This document shows positions 50,998 to 64,000 of a DNA stretch of 64,000 bases, in pieces (the stretch's first letter is position 1; each line of letters opens with the position of its first letter). The stretch is taken from positions 159,075-223,074 of the forward strand of contig JAQGDQ010000325.1 of NCBI GenBank assembly GCA_030141605.1, given 5' to 3'. This stretch comes from Tubiluchus corallicola (Eukaryota; Animalia; Priapulida). A program made the position numbers and the translations under genes. Under the pieces are notes generated by a model. It ran no database searches. It saw nothing but the letters and a program-made list of their open reading frames with translations, and had not been told where the DNA came from.

Positions 50998-52085
50998 TTA
51001 CTGTATGTACATTATCACATGATGGTGATGATGACTGTTTGTACTTCATCACATGATGGTGATGATCATTGTATCACATGATGGTGATGATGACTGTTTG
51101 TACTTCATCACATGATGGTGATGATGGCTGTATCACATGATGGTGATGATGACTGTATGTACTCCATCACATGATGGTGATGATGACTGTTTGTACTCCA
51201 TCACATGATGGTGATGATGACTGTATGTACTCCATCACATGATGGTGATGATGACTGTATGTACTCCATCACATGATGGTGATGATGACTGTATGTACTT
51301 CATCACATGATGGTGATGATGACTGTATGTACTTTATCACATGATGGTGATGATGACTGTATCACATGATGGCGATGATGACTCTATCACATGATGGTAA
51401 TGATGACTGTATGTACTTCATCACATGATGGTGATGATGACTGTTTGTACTTCATCACATGATGGTGATGATGGCTGTATCACATGATGGTGATGATGAC
51501 TGTATGTACTCCATCACATGATGGTGATGATGACTGTATGTACTCCATCACATGATGGTGATGATGACTGTATGTACTCCATCACATGATGGTGATGATG
51601 ACTGTATGTACTTCATCACATGATGGTGATGATGACTGTATGTACTTTATCACATGATGGTGATGATGACTGTATCACATGATGGCGATGATGACTGTAT
51701 CACATGATGGTAATGATGACTGTATGTACTTCATCACATGATGGTGATGATGACTGTTTGTACTTCATCACATGATGGTGATGATGGCTGTATCACATGA
51801 TGGTGATGATGACTGTATGTACTCCATCATATGATGGTGATGATGACTGTATGTACTCCATCACATGATGGTGATGATGACTGTATGTACTTCATCACAT
51901 GATGGTGATGATGACTGTACGTACTTCATCACATGATGGTAATGATGACTGTATGTACTCCATCACATGATGGTGATGATGACTGTATGTACTTCATCAC
52001 ATGATGGTGATGATGACTGTATATACTTTATCACATGATGGTGGTGATGACTGTATGTACTCCATCACAGGATGGTGATGATGAT
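50998..52085. repeat. Minisatellite with 25-bp and 34-bp units (ATCACATGATGGTGATGATGACTGT +/- ATGTACTYC)
   Basis: More than 30 copies of two unit lengths, with a higher-order repeat. Confidence 0.95.
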
Positions 52086-53099
52086 TAGTTGGCTAGTGTG
52101 AACAAATCTTTATTTTATTAATGTATTTTTTCATTTCAAAAGATAAAATTTCATATTACGGTTTGACATTGTCTTTGTTCTGAATTACACGTATATGGCG
52201 GTACCATAAACTTTTGAGTGCCTAGCGCTTCTTGTGATCTTAACCTGGTCCTGTTATAACTGATAACTTGTTTCTATTGTCGTTGCTGCTGCTACTATCT
52301 CTTTTATTTGTGACGTAATTGCTGTCGTCATCGCTCTTACCTTGCTGTTATACTTGTTGCTATATTGCTATTGTTGCCAACTCTACTGTTGCTGCTGCCA
52401 CGATCATTGCTATTGTTTTTATTCATGATGTTGCTGCTGTCGTCATCGCTGTTGCCTTGCTGTTGTACTTGTTGCTATATTGCTATTGTTGCCAACACCA
52501 CTGTTGCTGCTGCCGCGATCACTGCTATTGTTTTTATTCATGATGTTGCTGTTGTCGCCATCACTGTTGCTCTGCTGTTGTACTTGTTATTGTATTGCTA
52601 TTGTTGTCCTTGCAATCTCCACTGTTGCTGCTGTTGTTGGCACTGGCCGTTGTTGGAGCTATTATTTTTAAGCTTATTGCTGTTGCTGTCGCTGTGCTGC
52701 TGTTGTTGGTGTCACTGACGTGGAACTTACGTTTTAGTTATTAACGTTACGGAAATGAAACAACTAAAAAGATAAGAAAGACCATTGCAAATTTACACAG
52801 CACTAATTACTTTAATGATTACCATTACAGCAGCCTAAAAATTATTAACGTCAGAAGTGATAACGACTACCTTATGACTACAATACTCGACTTTTGTCTT
52901 ACTCGACTAAAACGTACTGTAAACAGAAAAGCATAGCACATTTTGTGCTCTTACTGCCCAAAGTTTTTATAGTTATTAAAAAACAAACTTTTATCAAAAA
53001 CTTTAAACGCAAAATACTAAAAACATAATAAATATTTGAACTGCACACCCTAGTAGTCATCTTCAATGTGACAGGGTTAGGGCTAGATGACACTGTACA

Positions 53100-53262
53100 T
53101 GAAAATATCTAATCTTTGGCTTCTACAGGAATGCATTATTAATTTGGTATCATCTACGAATAATTTATTGGAGACAGGGGTACACATGTGTTGTCATTAA
53201 TAGATAATGAAAAAAGAATGGGGCCAAGCACTGAACCTTGGGCCACACCTGACAACATAGGA
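53100..53262 (-). mobile_element. CR1/L2-group reverse transcriptase fragment
   Basis: SGVAQGSVLGPILF..IND followed, after a frameshift, by FVDDTKL. Confidence 0.75.
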
Positions 53263-54183
53263 GAATTGGCTCTTTTCATGAACTGTAAGCTTTGTCTGTA
53301 AATTGGTTGCGGTTTGTCTACTCTCTCACACTGAAGATGATTAATAGGCTGTGTAGTCAAAACATTCGTCATGTTTTTAGCATTTTCTGTTTTAAATGGT
53401 CTATTAAAATTTGTTTTTTTTTTCAATGACGTTACAAACAGTTTTAGTAATGCTCTAACTAGGCTAACAATCTATAGCTCGAGTATTTAATGGCAAGTCT
53501 TTGGTTTTGTAAGAAATGCTCGTTCGTCAGTGCAGAGACACCTAGCGGCAAGCAATTTAGCTATTCTGCGATCATTAATCGACATTCAAAAACAACATTA
53601 ACGGAGGTACGAACTGACGTCATTACCGATTAGTGCCACTTCCTTTTGTTTGCATTTGAATGATAATTATGATAGAATCGTTTTAGACAGAAAATGAGTT
53701 CTAAAAGAAGCCACGATAATTTAATATATCTGTGGCATTTTTAAAACTGTTATGACAGTCAATTGAATTTTGTTTTCCAATTTTTATGGGGGCCATGTGA
53801 GCCAATGACTTGTTAAAACCTGTTGGGACGGTTACAGAAAATTCACCCCAAAGCCCCAAAGATGAGACACATTGGGAAGCTGATCTATGTGAGAAGCTGC
53901 TGCTGCATAGCGTTCTGCTAGGAATCTGGCATGATCCATTAAAACGACTGAGCAAATCTAAACTTGCTAAGTGAACTACTTCGACAAACCATATCAGAAT
54001 TAAAACGCTAGTGGAAACTAACAGTTTCTAGTACAACAATAAAAAGACATCTACAACAAAAATTTAAACAAATATGTTAGTCGGTCAGCAGTTTGTATGG
54101 TCCATTGGTCAGTTTCTGGGTCATTCTTCTGTTGGTCGCAACAAAACCACCCTGAAACCTTTTCTTAAGCAGGATTTGCTTAA

Positions 54184-54590
54184 ACAGTATAGAAACTTTG
54201 GATGTAGTAGCTGTAGTGTAGATGATATAGCCAAGTATTTGACATCTACGTGCTTGCATCTACAGCAGTACAGAAACTTTGGGTGTAGTAGCTGTTGTGT
54301 TGATGATGTAGCCAAGTATTTGACATCTACATGCTTACATCTACAGCAGTACAGAAACCTTGGATGTAGTAGCTGTAGTGTTGATGATGTAGCCAAGTAT
54401 GTGACATCTACATGCTTGCATCTACAGCAGTACAGAAACTTTGGATGTAGTAGCTGTAGTGTTGATGATGTAGCCAAGTATGTGACATCTACATGCTTGC
54501 ATCTACTGCAGCACAGAAACCTTGGATGTAGTAGCTGTAGTGTTGATGATGCAGCAAAGTATTTCACATCGACATGCTTGCATCTACAGT
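54184..54590. repeat. 81-bp minisatellite, 5 copies
   Basis: 27-aa periodicity in both overlapping ORF-track translations. Confidence 0.95.
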
Positions 54591-55226
54591 TAACACAAAG
54601 GTTATGAAGATCTCATATGGGCTGAATTCATTTGTACTAAAGTTAAGAATGCTTTTTGTGGACCGAAGCCACAGATATCTATTTGAAGAAGTTAAGAATC
54701 GTTCTGATGAACTGAAGTCAAAGATATGCGATGGTGTACAGTTGAGAATTACTCATCTGAGATGAACTCACAGATACGTACGTGAAAAAGATTAAAAGGG
54801 GACGGAAAGGGAGTTTGAAAGTAAGTCCAAAATACTTTCCCTACAAAGTCATGGTACTTTGCATAACTCTCATTTGTTTGAAAGACATAGGTAGCTGAAA
54901 AAGAAAAGTCTTGGTAACTTAAAATGTCAAGATATGTACTTGACAAGAGTTAAGGATCCCTTGTTAAGACTGACCAAACAATTCTGGTGTCATACTTAAA
55001 TGGTACAAACAAAAGCTACCATCTCATGTAATTAATCATAGTTAATAGATTGTAATAGCAATATATATGTAAGCTACTTCAAGCCACTTAACAATAATCA
55101 GCACTGCTTCCTAGTCATCAAAGTTCAAAACACAATTATACTCGACAACATTAAAGGATGTTTCACGTGAATTTAGCCGTGTGTGCGTATCGTTAACCAT
55201 AATTACAACGTTTAGACTCTGTTATT

Positions 55227-62350
<7,124 letters not shown>

Positions 62351-62600
62351 GTTGCTGTTGTTGTTGTTTACTGCTGCACCAATATCTGCCAAGCGTTTAT
62401 ACAGTTAGTTAGATTAAGGTTAGACATAGAATACTTTATTATGTTTGAGTTTTACACAAAAATATAAAGAAAATGCTTTAACAAAGATTTTCTGATACTT
62501 CTAACCTGTGATTTCTGTAATAGGAAATACGGGGTCATTTCTGGAAGTCTGGAACTTGATTTCGCACATTTTGCTCGTTAGATGACGCCAGTGAAATACG

Positions 62601-62888
62601 CGCCTTAGTTACGCCAGCGTTTGCATTTGATTATCGCCTTAGTTACGCCAGCTTTTGCGTTTGGTTATCACGCCTTAGTTACGGCAGCTTTTGCATTTGA
62701 TTATCGCGCCTTAGTTACGCCACCGTATGCATTTGATTAACACGCCTTAGTTACGTCAGCTTTTGCGTTTGATTATCGCGCCTTAGTTACGCCAGCTTTT
62801 GCGTTTGATTATCACGCCTTAGTTACGCCAGCTTTTGCGTTTGATTATCACGCCTTAGTTACGCCAGCGTTTGCGTTTGGTTATCACG
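62601..62888. repeat. 36-bp minisatellite, 8 copies, upstream of the GST start codon
   Basis: CGCCTTAGTTACGCCAGCTTTTGCGTTTGATTATCA at 62601, 62635, 62671, 62707 and onward. Confidence 0.95.
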
Positions 62889-63386
62889 TGTTACGTTTCA
62901 CTGTGTAGCATTGTTTAGAAGTTTAGCGTGTCAGAAACGACGCGGTATCCAAGGAAACCGTTGCTAGGACATATGTTTAGCCTGCGATTTTCCGAAGTAC
63001 AACTTCAAGGCCCAATCCCGATTTCATTATAGAAGGGAAACCATGAAATTTAATAAAATTAGTCTCAAATTTTAAGTTACTGTTAGCTCTTTTTTACTAT
63101 TGGTTATTTGTCTCTTTTTTAAATTTGACCTTTAAACTTTCATTCGGTCCATGGAATTAAAAACCTTCAAAATACCCTACGGCTATGAATATGAATTAAA
63201 TATAAGGCTTTATTAGAGACGCATTGTTTCTACTAAGTCAATGGAAAAGAATCACATCGCCACAATTTCTGTTTTTTTTTTTGAAAAGGTGGTGTGCAAA
63301 AGCATATTCACTTCACAGTTTACAATGCAGGCCGATCGTTTTACCAATTCATTTAAGGGTTAATTCGCCTTTAAACAACCAGTATA

Positions 63387-63768
63387 AGCCTTTTCACAGT
63401 TTCGTACTGCATACGCGTGTGTCAAGTGTAAGGTCAAGTGTACCACAGAAACGCATCTTAACTACAACTGTCACGTGAAGTGCGTAAAGCAAGATCATCT
63501 GGTACATCAGTTCAGTACTTCAGTTGTTTTACGTTTTTTTACTTAATTATACATTAGTAGTATACGTATTATACATTAGTCTATGCGTAGAAAGATTTAC
63601 TAGCAGTATCTTGCTTGAGAAATGAAAAATTGACTAGGTAAGTTTCTAGCTACCTGTTAAAGCCGTTTCTATTACAATAGCATGGCCTGCGAGCAAATGC
63701 GTTGTCTGGTAAACTTAAACCTTTGACCTTTCACGATCATTATCAATCGCTGGAACTGTGAAAAGGCT
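63387..63768 (+). mobile_element. MITE family A copy 5
   Basis: TA|AGCCTTTTCACAG...CTGTGAAAAGGCT|TA. Confidence 0.85.
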
Positions 63769-64000
63769 TATAAGTGTCACCACATAAAATCAGTCATTTT
63801 TTTATTCGAAATACAATAACATCTGCTATCACAATTAAGCATGTTTGTGGTACTCAAAAATTTATGCTTACATTTAGGTCCTTCATTTTGTCAGGAGTAA
63901 TTTACAACTATTTTTCTGCACCTAAGATTTCGGAAAGTTGCAAAATAAAGGGAAAAAGATTTCCCGTGTTGCTTGCTGGCAAAACTCTATCAAGTAGGCA

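Noticed and set aside
54074-54607. 177-aa Cys-rich repeat ORF
   Set aside because: An 81-bp minisatellite open on both strands, with no splice or domain support.
62351-62392. N-terminal extension MADIGAAVNNNNSN of the GST ORF
   Set aside because: The track starts at TTG; the first ATG is 62350.
62601-62888. CRISPR-like 36-bp repeats
   Set aside because: Units are head to tail with no spacers, no cas genes, eukaryotic context.

Overview
AT-rich, microsatellite-dense animal genomic DNA, probably an invertebrate and possibly an arthropod (inferred from the Delta/Epsilon/Theta-like GST and (TTAGG)n tracts). Two spliced genes face each other tail to tail. (1) A RET receptor tyrosine kinase orthologue on + that I reconstructed by hand as 22 phase-consistent coding exons (10922-47308, 3473 nt, about 1157 aa). 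It has cadherin-like domains, a 16-Cys region, a TM helix and a kinase domain; the signal-peptide exon is not securely located. (2) A 4-exon, 236-aa cytosolic glutathione S-transferase on - (62350-55227). The rest is LINE fragments, a tRNA-derived SINE, several MITE families and many mini/microsatellites. Most long ORFs in the supplied track are translations of simple repeats. The most unusual observations are: a 52-bp minisatellite that amplifies the acceptor of the first kinase exon 12 times, each upstream copy carrying an in-frame stop and usually a 5' splice site; a 92-bp minisatellite that amplifies a donor; two divergent inverted pairs of Penelope-type minimal hammerhead motifs; a probable GC-AG intron; and a microhomology-bounded inverted templated insertion in a LINE copy. 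All calls were made by eye, without database searches.
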